Counted from the stretch's first letter, positions 29,415 to 40,224 are shown. The stretch: DNA of 64,000 bases from an uncultured delta proteobacterium (GCA_963745025.1 CAVUWD010000007.1:1-64000); one strand, 5' to 3'. Numbers and translations are program-made. The notes: generated by a model from the sequence alone, not told the origin.

Positions 29415-30847
29415 AGCGGCGCTGGAATCATTTCATCGAGGGGCGCCCCACCCTGCCCCGCTCGGGCCGCTATCTGGACGATTACGATCCGCTCACCGGG
29501 GAAGCGATCGCCGAGGTAGCCCGCGGCGACGGCGCAGACGTAGAGATCGCCGTGGCCGCCGCTCGCGCGGCGCTTCCCGAGTGGCGCGACCGCCGGCCGG
29601 TCGAGCGCGGACGGATCCTCACGGAGATCGCCCGCAAGATCCGCGACAAGCGCGCGGATCTTGTGACCCTCGAGCGCCTCGAGACCGGGAAACCGGCGGT
29701 CCAGGCCCCATTCGAGATCGAGGTCGCGGCGCAGTATTTCGAGCTTTACGGCGGTCTCGTGAACGCGATCCACGGCGACACCATCGACCTCGGCGCCGGC
29801 TATCATTCGTACACGCGCCGCGAGCCGTTCGGCGTGGTCGGCGTCATCCTGCCGTGGAATGCGCCGCTCAATCAGGCGGGACGCGCCATCGCGCCCGCCC
29901 TCGCCGCGGGAAACACGGTCGTCGCCAAGCCCTCGGAGTTCACGTCCACGTCGCTCCTCGAGCTCGCTCGGATCGCCGTCGAGGAGTGCGGCTTACCGCC
30001 CGGGGCTCTGAACGTCGTCACCGGCACGGGCGAGGAGGCCGGCGCGCCGCTCGTCGCCCACCGCGACGTCCGCAAGGTCGCCTTCACCGGCTCGGTGCGG
30101 GCGGGACGCGAGGTCGGCAAGATCGCCGCCGAACGGATCATTCCACTCACACTCGAGCTCGGCGGGAAGTCCCCGAACATCGTCTTCGCCGACGCCGATC
30201 TCAAGCAGGCCGTGCCCGGATCGGTCCGCGCCTTCGTGCTGAACGCGGGCCAAGTCTGTCTCGCCGGCACGCGCATCCTGGTCGAGCGTTCGATCCACGA
30301 CTCGTTCGTCCATGGAATGGTGCAAGCGCTCGAGCGGGTCGCAATCGGCTCCGACGACAAGGCGATCGTCGGACCGATGACCACGCGGGCGCAGTACGAG
30401 AAGGTACAGCGATACTACGAGATCGCGCGGCAGGAAGGCGCGGTGGCGGTCGCCGGGGGCGCGCTGCCGGAAGATCCTCGGCTTCGCCGAGGCTGGTTCG
30501 TCGCGCCGACGATCTACACGGGGGTGCGCAACGACATGCGCATCGCCCGCGAGGAGATCTTCGGTCCCGTCGCCTGCGTGATGCCGTTCGACGGCGAGGA
30601 CGAGGCCGTGCGCATCGCCAACGATACCGATTACGGCCTGGCCGCCGGCGTTTGGACGCGAGACCTCGTCCGGGCGCATCGCGTCGCCGCGCGCCTCGAG
30701 GCGGGACAGATTTACGTCAACGAGTGGATGGCGGGCGGCGTCGAGACGCCGCTCGGCGGCTACAAGGGGAGCGGCTACGGGCGCGAAAAGGGCATCGAGG
30801 CGCTGCACCACTACACGCAGGTGAAGTGCGTGACGATCCGGTTGTGA
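29411..30847 (+). CDS. Aldehyde dehydrogenase
   Basis: PWNAP, KPSE, FTGS, LELGGKSP, NAGQVC catalytic Cys, EEIFGP. Confidence 0.95.
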   Translation: MKRRWNHFIEGRPTLPRSGRYLDDYDPLTGEAIAEVARGDGADVEIAVAAARAALPEWRDRRPVERGRILTEIARKIRDKRADLVTLERLETGKPAVQAPFEIEVAAQYFELYGGLVNAIHGDTIDLGAGYHSYTRREPFGVVGVILPWNAPLNQAGRAIAPALAAGNTVVAKPSEFTSTSLLELARIAVEECGLPPGALNVVTGTGEEAGAPLVAHRDVRKVAFTGSVRAGREVGKIAAERIIPLTLELGGKSPNIVFADADLKQAVPGSVRAFVLNAGQVCLAGTRILVERSIHDSFVHGMVQALERVAIGSDDKAIVGPMTTRAQYEKVQRYYEIARQEGAVAVAGGALPEDPRLRRGWFVAPTIYTGVRNDMRIAREEIFGPVACVMPFDGEDEAVRIANDTDYGLAAGVWTRDLVRAHRVAARLEAGQIYVNEWMAGGVETPLGGYKGSGYGREKGIEALHHYTQVKCVTIRL

Positions 30848-30872
30848 AGAGCTCACGCAAGCGAGGGATCCC

Positions 30873-31641
30873 ATGCAAAGGTTCGACAGCAAGGTCGCGA
30901 TCGTGACCGGCGCCGGATCCGGCTTCGGCGAAGCCATCGCCACGCGATTCGCCGCGCGAGGGCGCACGCGTCATCGTCTCCGACGTCAACGACGAGAACG
31001 GCCGCCGCGTCACCGCGGCGATCGAGAAGGAGGGGGGCGCGGCCCACTACGTGCACGCCGACGTCTCCAAGGCGACGGAGGTGAAGGCGCTCGTCGACTC
31101 GGCGGTCTCCCGATTCGGCGGCCTCGACATCCTCGTCAACAACGCCGGATTCTCGCACCGGATGATGGGACTCTGGGACTTACCGGAGGAGGAATACGAC
31201 CGCGTCTTCGCCACCAACGTGAAGGGAGTCTTTCTCGGCTGCAAGTTCGCCATTCCGCTCATGAAGCAGCGAGGCGGAGGCGTGATCATCAACACCGCGT
31301 CGATCGGCGCCGTGGCGCCCCGGCCGGGAGTCACGGTCTACAACGCCACGAAGGGTGCGGTCGTCACGCTGACGCGCGGCCTCGCGGGCGAGGTCGCCCA
31401 GTTCAAGATCCGCGTCAACGCCGTGAACCCGCTCTTCGCCGAGACCGGCTTCGTAAAGACCGCGCTCGGCGTCGACACGCTTCCCGATGAGCTGCGCAGG
31501 CAGGTCATTGCCGGAGTGCCGCTTGGGCGGTTGAGCCAGCCGAGCGACGTCGCCGCCGCCGTTCTGTTCTTGGCCTCGCCCGAAGCCGAGTTCCTGACCG
31601 GCGTCTGCCTGCCGGTGGACGGCGGCCGCAGCATCTCTTGA
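30873..31641 (+). CDS. SDR family oxidoreductase, with an apparent +1 frameshift at ~30955
   Basis: TGAGSGFG in one frame; NNAG, YNATK and LPVDGG in the next; removing one base restores ..FAREGARVIVSD.. Confidence 0.85.
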
Positions 31642-31665
31642 GGCGCCGAGAAGGGAGCGTCGAGC

Positions 31666-32055
31666 ATGAGCCGAATCACGAGCGCAAACCAGGCGACGCT
31701 CCTCGAAGCGATCAATTCCGACCCCGAGTTTCAGCTCGCGGCGCGCTACTGGAACGGTGGCTTCCGCCTGGGGATGGGTCCGGACGAGGCGTACGTCTTC
31801 CGGATTCGCGACGGACGTGTGGTCGACTTGAATCGCCAGCCGACGCCATTCGACGCGTGGAACTTCGAGATCAGCGGTCCGGCCGACGGCTGGAAGCAGA
31901 TTCTCTCGCCCGTGCCCCCGCCGTTCTACCAGGACGTCGCATCGGCGGTGCTGCGCCACGGCTTCACGCTCGGCGGAGACGTGGAATCGTTCTTCGCCTA
32001 TCACGGCGCGCTTCGCCGCGTGATCGACGTGATGCGGCACACGATTTCCGCGTGA
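31666..32055 (+). CDS. Hypothetical protein, SCP2 sterol-binding-like
   Basis: AINSDPEF..AARYW, FRIRDGRV, ISGPADGW pattern; RBS; operon position. Confidence 0.65.
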   Translation: MSRITSANQATLLEAINSDPEFQLAARYWNGGFRLGMGPDEAYVFRIRDGRVVDLNRQPTPFDAWNFEISGPADGWKQILSPVPPPFYQDVASAVLRHGFTLGGDVESFFAYHGALRRVIDVMRHTISA

Positions 32056-32065
32056 GGAGGACGCG

Positions 32066-32920
32066 ATGGCAAGATTCGCCGACGTCACCGGCCGCTATCT
32101 CTACGTAACGGTCGATGGCACCGAGTATCGCGTGTACTTCGAGGAGGCGGGTGCGGGGATCCCGATGATCCTCCAGCACACCGCGGGCGCCGACGGCCGT
32201 CAATGGCGGCATCTCCTCGAGGATCCCGAGATCACCAAGAGCTTCCGGCTGATCGCTCACGACCTCCCGTATCACGGGAAATCGCTGCCGCCGGCGTCCG
32301 GCGAATGGTGGAAGCGCGGGTATTCGCTCACGCAGGACTTCTTCATGAAGTTCATCGTCGCCTTCGCACGCGAGCTCGGCCTCGACCGTCCGGTCTACAT
32401 GGGCTGCTCGATGGGAGGTCATCTCGCCGGTGACCTCGCGCTCCATTACCCGGAAACCTTCCGCGCCGTGATCGGCGTCGAGGGGGCGCTCGCAAGCAAG
32501 GGCACCGACACGATCCTGCCCTGGTTTCATCACCCTCGCCTCTCGAACGAATCGAAGCCGAGCCTGATGTACACCCTGATGGCGCCGCAGAGCCCGGAGG
32601 CGAGCAAGCAGGAGACCATCTGGATTTACAGTCAGGGTGCTCCTGCGGTCTTCAAGGGGGATCTCCATTACTACTCTCTGGAGCACGACTTGACCGAGAC
32701 CGCGCACCGCATCGACACGAGCAAGGTGGCCGTCTACCTGCTCGGCGGCGAGTACGACTGGTCGGCCTCCCCGGCCGACGTGCGGGCGCTGGCCGACCGC
32801 GTGAAGGGATCGCGCTTCACGGAGATGAAGGGTGTGGGCCACTTCCCGATGTCGGAGAACCCGGCGGTCTTCCGCCGCTATCTCATGCCGATCCTGGAGA
32901 GCATCCGCTCCGCGCGGTGA
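32066..32920 (+). CDS. Alpha/beta hydrolase
   Basis: HTAGADGRQW, DLPYHGKS, GCSMGG nucleophile elbow, GEYD, GHFPMSENP. Confidence 0.92.
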   Translation: MARFADVTGRYLYVTVDGTEYRVYFEEAGAGIPMILQHTAGADGRQWRHLLEDPEITKSFRLIAHDLPYHGKSLPPASGEWWKRGYSLTQDFFMKFIVAFARELGLDRPVYMGCSMGGHLAGDLALHYPETFRAVIGVEGALASKGTDTILPWFHHPRLSNESKPSLMYTLMAPQSPEASKQETIWIYSQGAPAVFKGDLHYYSLEHDLTETAHRIDTSKVAVYLLGGEYDWSASPADVRALADRVKGSRFTEMKGVGHFPMSENPAVFRRYLMPILESIRSAR

Positions 32921-33152
32921 ATCGCGCACCGTAGCGGCTTCCCGCTGCGATTGCGCCGCCGGCAGCCGCGCCCCTTGGTCCATCGCAACGCGAAGCGCCG
33001 TATCGCCTGCACCCCGGTTGTGCCTCCCGGCCGAACGTTGCTCGGCCTGCCCATCGAGAATTTCAAAACCGCGATCCGGCCGCGGGTTCCTCGCCAAACG
33101 GGGCGAACGATCGTGTTGACGGAACTCCTCGGCGCCCCTAGAACCTGCGGGC

Positions 33153-34586
33153 GTGAGCGAAACCTCGGTGCTGCGCTGGCACGTGCCGGCCGCGGCGCTT
33201 GCGGCCATCCTTCTACGCCTCTGTTTCGTCTGGCAGCTTCCTTACCTCGAATCCGGAGATACGCCGGTCTACGAGGAGCTCGCGCGCAACTGGCGGGATC
33301 ACGGGATCTACGGGCTGGTAGTCGATGGGCGTCTCGTGCCCGCGGATCTGCGGACCCCGGGCTACCCGGCGTTCCTCGCGGCCGTTCATCGGCTGCTCGG
33401 CCCCTCGGCGACGGCGGTGATGCTCGTCCAGGCGGCCGCAGACACCCTGACCTGCTTCGTCATCGCGGCGATCGCCGCATTGACCGCGCCGGAGGCGACT
33501 CGGCGGCGCGTCGCCGTCGCCGCGCTCTGGCTTTCAGCACTCTGTCCGTTCACCGCAAACTATACGGCGACGGTCTTGACGGAGACGCTCGCCGTATCGC
33601 TGACGGCGGTCGCTCTACTGCTCGTCGCCGACGAGACCCCGTTCTTCTTCGCCGCCGGATTCGTCACGGGACTCGGCACGCTCGTGCGACCGGACGCCGT
33701 CCTCGTGTTGGTCGCGACGGCCCTCGTCTTCGCTCGCCGATGGTGGCGGCCGCGCGATTGGCGGAAGCTCGCACGCATGGGCACGCTGATGGGAGTGGGC
33801 TTGCTGCTTCCGCTCGCTCCGTGGGCCGCGCGCAATTGGGTGACGCTTCATAAGCTGCAGCTTCTCGCCACGCGTTACAGCGAGGCGCCGGGCGAGTACG
33901 CTCCCCGCGGGTTCTATGCCTGGACCTTCACCTGGCTCTGGCGCGTCAGCGACCTGGAGCGGGTTCCATGGAAGCTCGACGAGGAGGTCATCCGCGTCGA
34001 CGACGTTCCTTCCACGGCCTTCGATTCTCGCGCCGAGCGTGCACGGATCGCCGAGCTGCTCCGACGGTACAACCGTACGACGACGATGACACCCGCGGTG
34101 GATTCTGGATTTGCCGCGATCGCGGACGAGAGAACGGCCCGACACCCGTTGCGTAGCTACGTGACGATCCCTCTGCTCCGGGCCTGGACGATCTGGTTTA
34201 CACCGCGAGTCGACATATTACCGGTCTCCGGCTCGCTCTGGCCGATTCGCGCGGAATGGGGAAACGATCCGCCGGGCTACTGCGTAGCCGCGCTCTTCGC
34301 TTTGCTCGGGTTCTGCTCCCTGGCGATGGCCGCGACCGGCGCTTGGATCGCTCGTGGCCGCCGCGCGGCGGCGATCCTCGGTACGTTCGTCGTCGTCCGC
34401 ACGGTATTTTTCGCAACGGCCGCGCTCACGCCCGAGCCACGCTACGTGCTCGAGTGCTTTCCGGCCCTCCTCGCCTTGGCCGCGCAACTTTGGTCCCGTC
34501 CCCGAGCGGCAACTTCCATCGACGGATCGCGTTATTCTTGGGATGAAGCCGTAGGTCGCGCCAGAGGAGTCTCGGAAGGCGCGTGA
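33153..34586 (+). CDS. Membrane glycosyltransferase, GT39/PMT-like
   Basis: GD...YEELARN, RTPGYPAFLA, LTETL, LVRPD, PWAARN, EPRY; multiple TM helices. Confidence 0.85.
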   Translation: MSETSVLRWHVPAAALAAILLRLCFVWQLPYLESGDTPVYEELARNWRDHGIYGLVVDGRLVPADLRTPGYPAFLAAVHRLLGPSATAVMLVQAAADTLTCFVIAAIAALTAPEATRRRVAVAALWLSALCPFTANYTATVLTETLAVSLTAVALLLVADETPFFFAAGFVTGLGTLVRPDAVLVLVATALVFARRWWRPRDWRKLARMGTLMGVGLLLPLAPWAARNWVTLHKLQLLATRYSEAPGEYAPRGFYAWTFTWLWRVSDLERVPWKLDEEVIRVDDVPSTAFDSRAERARIAELLRRYNRTTTMTPAVDSGFAAIADERTARHPLRSYVTIPLLRAWTIWFTPRVDILPVSGSLWPIRAEWGNDPPGYCVAALFALLGFCSLAMAATGAWIARGRRAAAILGTFVVVRTVFFATAALTPEPRYVLECFPALLALAAQLWSRPRAATSIDGSRYSWDEAVGRARGVSEGA

Positions 34587-34675
34587 TCCGAGAGCCCGCA
34601 AGTAGCGTTGCGCTCGGGTGGCCGAACACGCCATGGTGTAGCTCCAGCCGCACGAGCCGGAGATTCGAGACGGCG

Positions 34676-35006
34676 ATGATCACTTGGCGACCCATCCTCC
34701 TCGTGGCAGCGCTCGCTGCGGGACCGATGGCGGCGTGTTCGGAGCTCACCAATACGGGATCAGACATGACGAGCCGCGGCTACCCGGACTCTAGTGACCC
34801 CTACTACGGCCGTGATCCCTACTACGGCAGCGGCGACAACTACGGCGAGGAGCGCGAATGGGAGACTCGCGCTCACCCGCCGATCAACTGCGCGCAGATC
34901 AACGACCGGCATGACCACTTCGACCGCCAGCAGATCGCCGAGATCGATCCTGCCAAGCACCCGAAGGCGCTCCAGTGGTACCGAGACGATTGCCGAACGC
35001 CGAGCG
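34676..35006 (+). CDS. Small lipoprotein-like protein, interrupted (C-terminus NAEREMQSCR* appears at 35799-35831)
   Basis: Lipobox-like MAAC, DPYYG repeats, INCAQI...LQWYRDD; resumes after the direct repeat AACGCCGAGCG. Confidence 0.5.
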
Positions 35007-35009
35007 GCG

Positions 35010-35795
35010 ACGGACAAGAACTTCATCGTCTCCGGCGGCGGCATCGAGTTCATGCGTCCGTGGGCCGAGCAGGTTTATGGCATCCCGCCGGAACAGGTCA
35101 TCGGCAGCAGCGTCAAGACGAAGTTCGAAATGCGTGACGGCCAAGCCCGTCCTCGTGCGTCTGCCGGAGCTAAACTTCAATGACGACAAGGCCGACAAGC
35201 CCGTCGGCATCAACCAGCACATCGGGCGCCGGCCCATCGCCGCGTTCGGAAATTCCGTTGGAGACAAGGAGATGTTGGAATACACGCAAGGCGGCAGCGG
35301 CGCGCGGTTATGCTGCTGGTACTGCACGAGATGCGGCCGCGAGTACGCCTACGGTCCGGCACGAGGATTGCCACGCCAAAGGCGGTGCCTTCACGCAGGC
35401 GCGCACGAGCATGCGAACAAGGATCGCTGGACCGTTGTCAGCATGAAGGACGATTGGAAACAGGTCTTCGCGTTCGAACAGACCCCGGTACGGCCATTGA
35501 CATCTTGCTGGAGCCGGACGCACGATGCTCCAGCATTCCGAAGCCCACAAGGCGCTGCAGCGGTATTCCGAAGGACGACCTGGATGCGACGCACCGTCCG
35601 CACATCACGATGATCCAGCGTTTCGTCCGCACGGCGGACCTCGACCAAGTCTTTGCCGCCGCCGGCCAAGTTCTCGCCCGCGCCAATGTGACCGGCATGA
35701 AGTTGGAGGCCTTCAAATACTACTATATCCCGAGCAAGGACATTGGCCTCGCGGGCATTGTCGCGAAGCCGACGCCTGAATTGCTCAAGCGCAAG
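35010..35795 (+). pseudogene. Frameshifted internal fragment of a HAD-hydrolase / 2H-phosphoesterase-like gene
   Basis: FIVSGGGIEFMRPWAEQVYGIPPEQVIGSS, KPVGINQHIGRRPIAAFGNS.GD.EML and HRPHITMIQRFV fall in different frames; no 5' or 3' end. Confidence 0.7.
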
Positions 35796-35875
35796 CGCAA
35801 CGCCGAGCGTGAGATGCAGAGCTGTCGCTGAGGGTAAGAGGCTACGGGCCACGTGCTACGGGAAAGGTGCTGCGG

Positions 35876-35910
35876 AGTCTTTGCCTGTAGCCTGTAGCCG
35901 GTAGCCGACT
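35876..35910. repeat. Heptamer tandem repeat element, copy 3
   Basis: Minus strand reads agtcggctaccggctacaggctacaggcaaagact; shares caggcaaagact with copy 2. Confidence 0.6.
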
Positions 35911-35940
35911 TCTCAACGACTACTGCCGTGGAGATCGATC

Positions 35941-36909
35941 ATGAAGGCGATTCGCATCCATCAACCGGGGGGTCCAGAAGCGCTGAAGCTCGAGGATGTT
36001 CCCGAGCCGACAGCGGGTGCCGGGCAAGCCCTGGTCAAGATCGACGCCGCCGGCCTCAACTACATCGATGTCTACTTCCGTGAAGGCACTTACAAGGCGC
36101 CGCTTCCCTTCGCCCTCGGCCTCGAGGCGGGCGGCACGGTCGCCGCCGTCGGCGACGGCGTGACGGAAGTGAAGGTCGGCGACCGCGTCGCGTATACGGG
36201 CGTTCCCGGCGCCTACGCCGAATTCGCAGTGGCTCCGGCCGCGCGGCTCGTCGTCCTGCCTCCCGGCATCACCACCAAGCAGGGCGCAGCTGCGATGTTG
36301 CAGGGAATGACGGCGCATTATCTGGCGACGTCCACCTGGCCGCTGCGCGCGGGCGACACCTGCCTGGTGCACGCGGCGGCGGGCGGCGTCGGTCTGCTGC
36401 TCTGTCAGATCGCGAAGATGCGCGGCGCGCGAGTCATCGCAACCGTCTCCACGGAGGACAAGGCGAGGCTCGCTCGCGGCGCCGGCGCCGACGAGGTCAT
36501 CCTCTACTCGGAGCAGGACTTCGAGGCCGAGGTGAAGCGCTTGACAGGCGGCAAGGGCCTCCAGGTCATCTACGACGGCATCGGCAAGACGACGTTCGAC
36601 AAGGGCCTCGATTGCCTCGCGCCGCGCGGCATGATGGTGCTCTACGGACAAGCGAGCGGGCCTGTCGGCAGCTTCGATCCTCAGGTCCTCAACACGAAGG
36701 GCTCGCTCTTCCTCACTCGCCCGAGCCTCAACCACCACATCCTGACGCGCGCCGAGCTGCTGGCGCGCGCCGGCGACGTGCTCGGCTGGATCCGCGACGG
36801 CAAGCTCACGCTACGCATGGAACTCGAGTATCCATTGAAGGATGCCGCCGAGGCCCACCGCGCACTCGAGGGCCGCAAGACGACGGGCAAAGTGCTGCTG
36901 ATCCCGTAG
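35941..36909 (+). CDS. qor: NADPH:quinone oxidoreductase (zeta-crystallin-like MDR)
   Basis: [49 protein letters not shown]. Confidence 0.93.
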   Translation: MKAIRIHQPGGPEALKLEDVPEPTAGAGQALVKIDAAGLNYIDVYFREGTYKAPLPFALGLEAGGTVAAVGDGVTEVKVGDRVAYTGVPGAYAEFAVAPAARLVVLPPGITTKQGAAAMLQGMTAHYLATSTWPLRAGDTCLVHAAAGGVGLLLCQIAKMRGARVIATVSTEDKARLARGAGADEVILYSEQDFEAEVKRLTGGKGLQVIYDGIGKTTFDKGLDCLAPRGMMVLYGQASGPVGSFDPQVLNTKGSLFLTRPSLNHHILTRAELLARAGDVLGWIRDGKLTLRMELEYPLKDAAEAHRALEGRKTTGKVLLIP

Positions 36910-36930
36910 AGCGTGTAGCCGAGGGCCGGA

Positions 36931-37506
36931 ATGCTCGCCGAGCGGTGGACCGAGCTTCTCTGCCATCCGTCGACCCCCGATCGGACCGTTCGCGGGATCG
37001 CTGCGTTCGTGCGCCGCGCAGCGAGCGGCGTCCTCGACGTGAGCTTCCGCCTCGACGCAGAGGTGTCTCGCCTACGCGTTCCGGCTCCGAGCGTGCCGCG
37101 CATCGCCGCGCGGCTCTGGGAGCACACCTGCTTCGAGACTTTAGTCGCGATGGACGAGGGACCCGCCTACTACGAATTCAACCTCGCGCCATCGGGAGAG
37201 TGGGCCGCCTACGCGTTTCGTGATTACCGAGACGGTGGGCCGCTCGTGGACGAAGCGCTCGCGCCGTCGATCGCGCTGCGTGCGACCGAGGGCCGGCTGG
37301 AGCTCGACGCGGTCATCCGCCTCGACCGGCTCTCTCAGGCCCGGCCCCGTGCGTCGCTCCGGATCGGGCTCTCGGCGGTCGTCGAGGCGACCGATGGAGC
37401 GCTCTCCTACTGGGCGCTTCGCCATCCCGTGGCCAAGCCGGATTTTCATCACGCCAAAGCCTTCGCTCTCAGGCTCGAACCGGAAAGCGGGCAGGACCGC
37501 GGCTGA
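36931..37506 (+). CDS. DOMON-like domain protein
   Basis: LWEHTCFE, YYEFNLAPSGEWAAY.F..YR, LSAVVE...SYWAL.HP..KPDFH. Confidence 0.85.
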   Translation: MLAERWTELLCHPSTPDRTVRGIAAFVRRAASGVLDVSFRLDAEVSRLRVPAPSVPRIAARLWEHTCFETLVAMDEGPAYYEFNLAPSGEWAAYAFRDYRDGGPLVDEALAPSIALRATEGRLELDAVIRLDRLSQARPRASLRIGLSAVVEATDGALSYWALRHPVAKPDFHHAKAFALRLEPESGQDRG

Positions 37507-37671
37507 GTACGGCCTCGGCACCTCGGCACTTCTCGCCGTCCGCGGCAACGATCCGTGGCCGCACACGTCGAGCGGATCTCGCGGGGCCGAGCCGAATGCG
37601 CTCGCGTGGCGCGCCCGCTGGAGCCACCCCTCGAGGAGTGCTAGCTGGGTGGGATGCTCGACCGGAGACGG

Positions 37672-37694
37672 GATCGCGACCAACGGGAGCGATC
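37672..37694. repeat. REP-like hairpin, copy 2 (intergenic)
   Basis: Identical to 21592-21614. Confidence 0.65.
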
Positions 37695-37724
37695 CGTGAC
37701 GCAGGCTCCTAGGCCTCGATCGCG

Positions 37725-38930
37725 GTGAGATTCGGCATCGATCGCCTGCTCGAGGAAAGCGCGCTACGCCAGCCACTCGCCGGCCGGCGCGTGGCGTTGC
37801 TCGCACATCCGGCCTCGACGACGCGTGATCTCGCACATTCGCTCGATGCGGTCGCCGCACTCGGCGAGCTCACGCTGACGGCCGCCTTCGGGCCACAGCA
37901 CGGGCTGCGCGGCGACAAGCAGGACAACATGGTCGAGTCTGCCGACTTCCTCGATCCGCTGCACGGGATCCCGGTGTTCAGCCTTTACGGCGAGGTGCGG
38001 CGGCCGACGGCGGCGATGATGGATCACTTCGACGTGCTGCTCGTCGACCTGCAGGACGTGGGCACGCGCGTCTACACCTTCCTCACCACGCTGCGATACG
38101 TCCTCGAGGAGGCGGCGGCGCATCGCAAGGCGGTCTGGGTCCTCGATCGACCGAACCCGGTCGGCCGTACGGTCGAGGGACTTCGCCTGCGCGAGGGATG
38201 GGAGAGCTTCGTCGGTGCCGGCCCGCTGCCGATGCGCCACGGCCTGACGCTCGGCGAGCTCGCGCGTTGGTTCGTCAGGCGGCTCGGCCTCGACGTCGAG
38301 CTAGAGATTGTCACCTTGGACGGCTGGGCACCCCAGCAGCGGCCGGGTTACGGTTGGCCACTCGGAGAACGCGCGTGGGTGAACCCGAGCCCGAACGCGT
38401 CGAATCTATGGATGGCACGCTGTTACCCGGGCACCGTGATGCTGGAGGGCACCACGCTCTCCGAAGGGCGCGGCACAACGCGGCCTCTCGAGCTCTGCGG
38501 CGCTCCCGATCTCGACCCGCGGACGCTCGTCGCGAAGATGGAATCACTCGCGCCCGAGTGGACGGCAGGCTGCCGGCTGCGCGCGTGCTGGTTCGAGCCG
38601 ACGTTCCAGAAGCACGCGGGAAAGCTCTGCGCCGGTTTCCAGATCCACGTCGAAGACGCGACCTACGACCACGAGCGATTTCGTCCCTGGCGTCTGATGG
38701 CGGCCGCCTTGAAGGCCCTGCGCATCCTGCAGCCGGACTACGAGCTCTGGCGCCGCTTCGCCTACGAGTACGAGCGCGACCGCCTCGCCATCGACCTCAT
38801 CAACGGAAGCGACTTGCTGCGCCAGTGGGTCGACGATCCCGTCACCACCGCGGCGGATCTCGACCGGCTCGCCATCGCCGACGAGGCGGCCTGGCGCGAC
38901 GAGCGCGAGGCGGTTCTGCTCTATCGCTGA
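37725..38930 (+). CDS. DUF1343 / NamZ-like exo-beta-N-acetylmuramidase family protein
   Basis: FGPQHG.RG, PVFSLYG, DLQDVGTR.YTF, LDRPNP, RHGLTLGELA, PSPN, SEGRGTTRP. Confidence 0.9.
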   Translation: MRFGIDRLLEESALRQPLAGRRVALLAHPASTTRDLAHSLDAVAALGELTLTAAFGPQHGLRGDKQDNMVESADFLDPLHGIPVFSLYGEVRRPTAAMMDHFDVLLVDLQDVGTRVYTFLTTLRYVLEEAAAHRKAVWVLDRPNPVGRTVEGLRLREGWESFVGAGPLPMRHGLTLGELARWFVRRLGLDVELEIVTLDGWAPQQRPGYGWPLGERAWVNPSPNASNLWMARCYPGTVMLEGTTLSEGRGTTRPLELCGAPDLDPRTLVAKMESLAPEWTAGCRLRACWFEPTFQKHAGKLCAGFQIHVEDATYDHERFRPWRLMAAALKALRILQPDYELWRRFAYEYERDRLAIDLINGSDLLRQWVDDPVTTAADLDRLAIADEAAWRDEREAVLLYR

Positions 38931-39015
38931 GCGTCTCGAAGTCAGCCGGAGGCTCGCCCTATTTGGCCTCGTGCTTCCCGTCGCGCTGCGCTGCGCATCG
39001 CTGGTGCGATCGCGC

Positions 39016-40224
39016 TCAGCGACTCGGCGCCTCGAGCTTGAAGAGCCGCGCGGCATTGAGCCCGAGGATCTTCGCGCGCGATTCGTCGGACAGATGTCCC
39101 ATCTGCCGCTCCACCGCCTCCGCCGAGTGCGGCCACGAGCCCTCGTGGTGCGGGTAATCGTTCGCCCAGAGAAAATTGTCGACGAGGTCGAGCTCCTCGG
39201 TGATCGCCAGACCCGCGGCGTCCTCCTGGAACGAGGAGAAGCCCTGGCGGCGGTAGTATTCGCTCGGCAGCAGCTCGAGCTTCGGGAACGCCCACATGTG
39301 GTGCTTGCGATAGGCTTCGTCCATCGCCTCGAGCGCCCACGGCACCCAACCGATCCCCGCTTCGATCGTCGCGAAGCGGATCTTCGGAAAACGCTGCAGG
39401 ACGCCCGAGCCGCAGAGGTTCGCGACAGGCTCCATCGTCGGAGACAGCGAGTGCGTCACGTAATTCACGATGGCGCCGCCGTGCCCGCGGGCCGCACGCG
39501 GATCGCGGCCAGTCGAGACGTGGAACGTGATCGGCAGGTCGACGTCGGTGACTGCTGCCCAGAGCCGATCAAAATCCGGGAGATTGTAGTTCGGCTGATC
39601 CGCGTCGTGAGCTCCCCAGTATGGCTTGCAGGGGAGCGTGAGCCCGCGAAAGCCCGCCTTCGCGGCCCACTCGATCTCGGCAAGCGCACCGGCTTGGTCG
39701 GCGGGCGAGATCGCCGCCATCGGCACGATGCGGCCCGGGTAGCCGCCGAGCGCATCGATCACCCAGCGATTGTAGGCGCGGCACATCGCCGAGGCGAACT
39801 TCGGATCGGCCGTCGCCCAGATGAGGAGACCCTTCCCCGGAAAGACGATCTCGACGTCGACTCCGTCGCGGGTGTGATCGCGGATGCGCGCCTCGGCGGT
39901 CGCGCCGGCCGCCGAGCGCACACGATCCTCCGCCGCCATCCGGTTCTCCGCGAGATTCGTCCGCAGGCGCTGCGGCCGCCAGCCCTCGCTCACCAGCCAG
40001 CGCTCGCCGTCCGCATCGACTTTGATGTGCGGCAGGCGATCGCGACACTCGGGCTCGATCCGCACCGAGAGATAGTCGTTCGGCTCGTTCGCATGGCAAT
40101 CGGCCGACACCATGAAGTATTTGTTCGGGTCACCCGGCCGCGCCGTCCGCGGCCAGCCTGCGATTCCCGGCGTCGCAAGACGCCAGGCATTCGCCTCATC
40201 CGCCGTCGAAACCGGTCCGTTCAC
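39016..40224 (-). CDS. Amidohydrolase_2 family metallo-hydrolase
   Basis: SADCHANEP, ITFHV, EAGIGW, WANDYPHHEGSWP; GTG start after AAGGAGG. Confidence 0.9.
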   Translation of the reverse strand: MNGPVSTADEANAWRLATPGIAGWPRTARPGDPNKYFMVSADCHANEPNDYLSVRIEPECRDRLPHIKVDADGERWLVSEGWRPQRLRTNLAENRMAAEDRVRSAAGATAEARIRDHTRDGVDVEIVFPGKGLLIWATADPKFASAMCRAYNRWVIDALGGYPGRIVPMAAISPADQAGALAEIEWAAKAGFRGLTLPCKPYWGAHDADQPNYNLPDFDRLWAAVTDVDLPITFHVSTGRDPRAARGHGGAIVNYVTHSLSPTMEPVANLCGSGVLQRFPKIRFATIEAGIGWVPWALEAMDEAYRKHHMWAFPKLELLPSEYYRRQGFSSFQEDAAGLAITEELDLVDNFLWANDYPHHEGSWPHSAEAVERQMGHLSDESRAKILGLNAARLFKLEAPSR

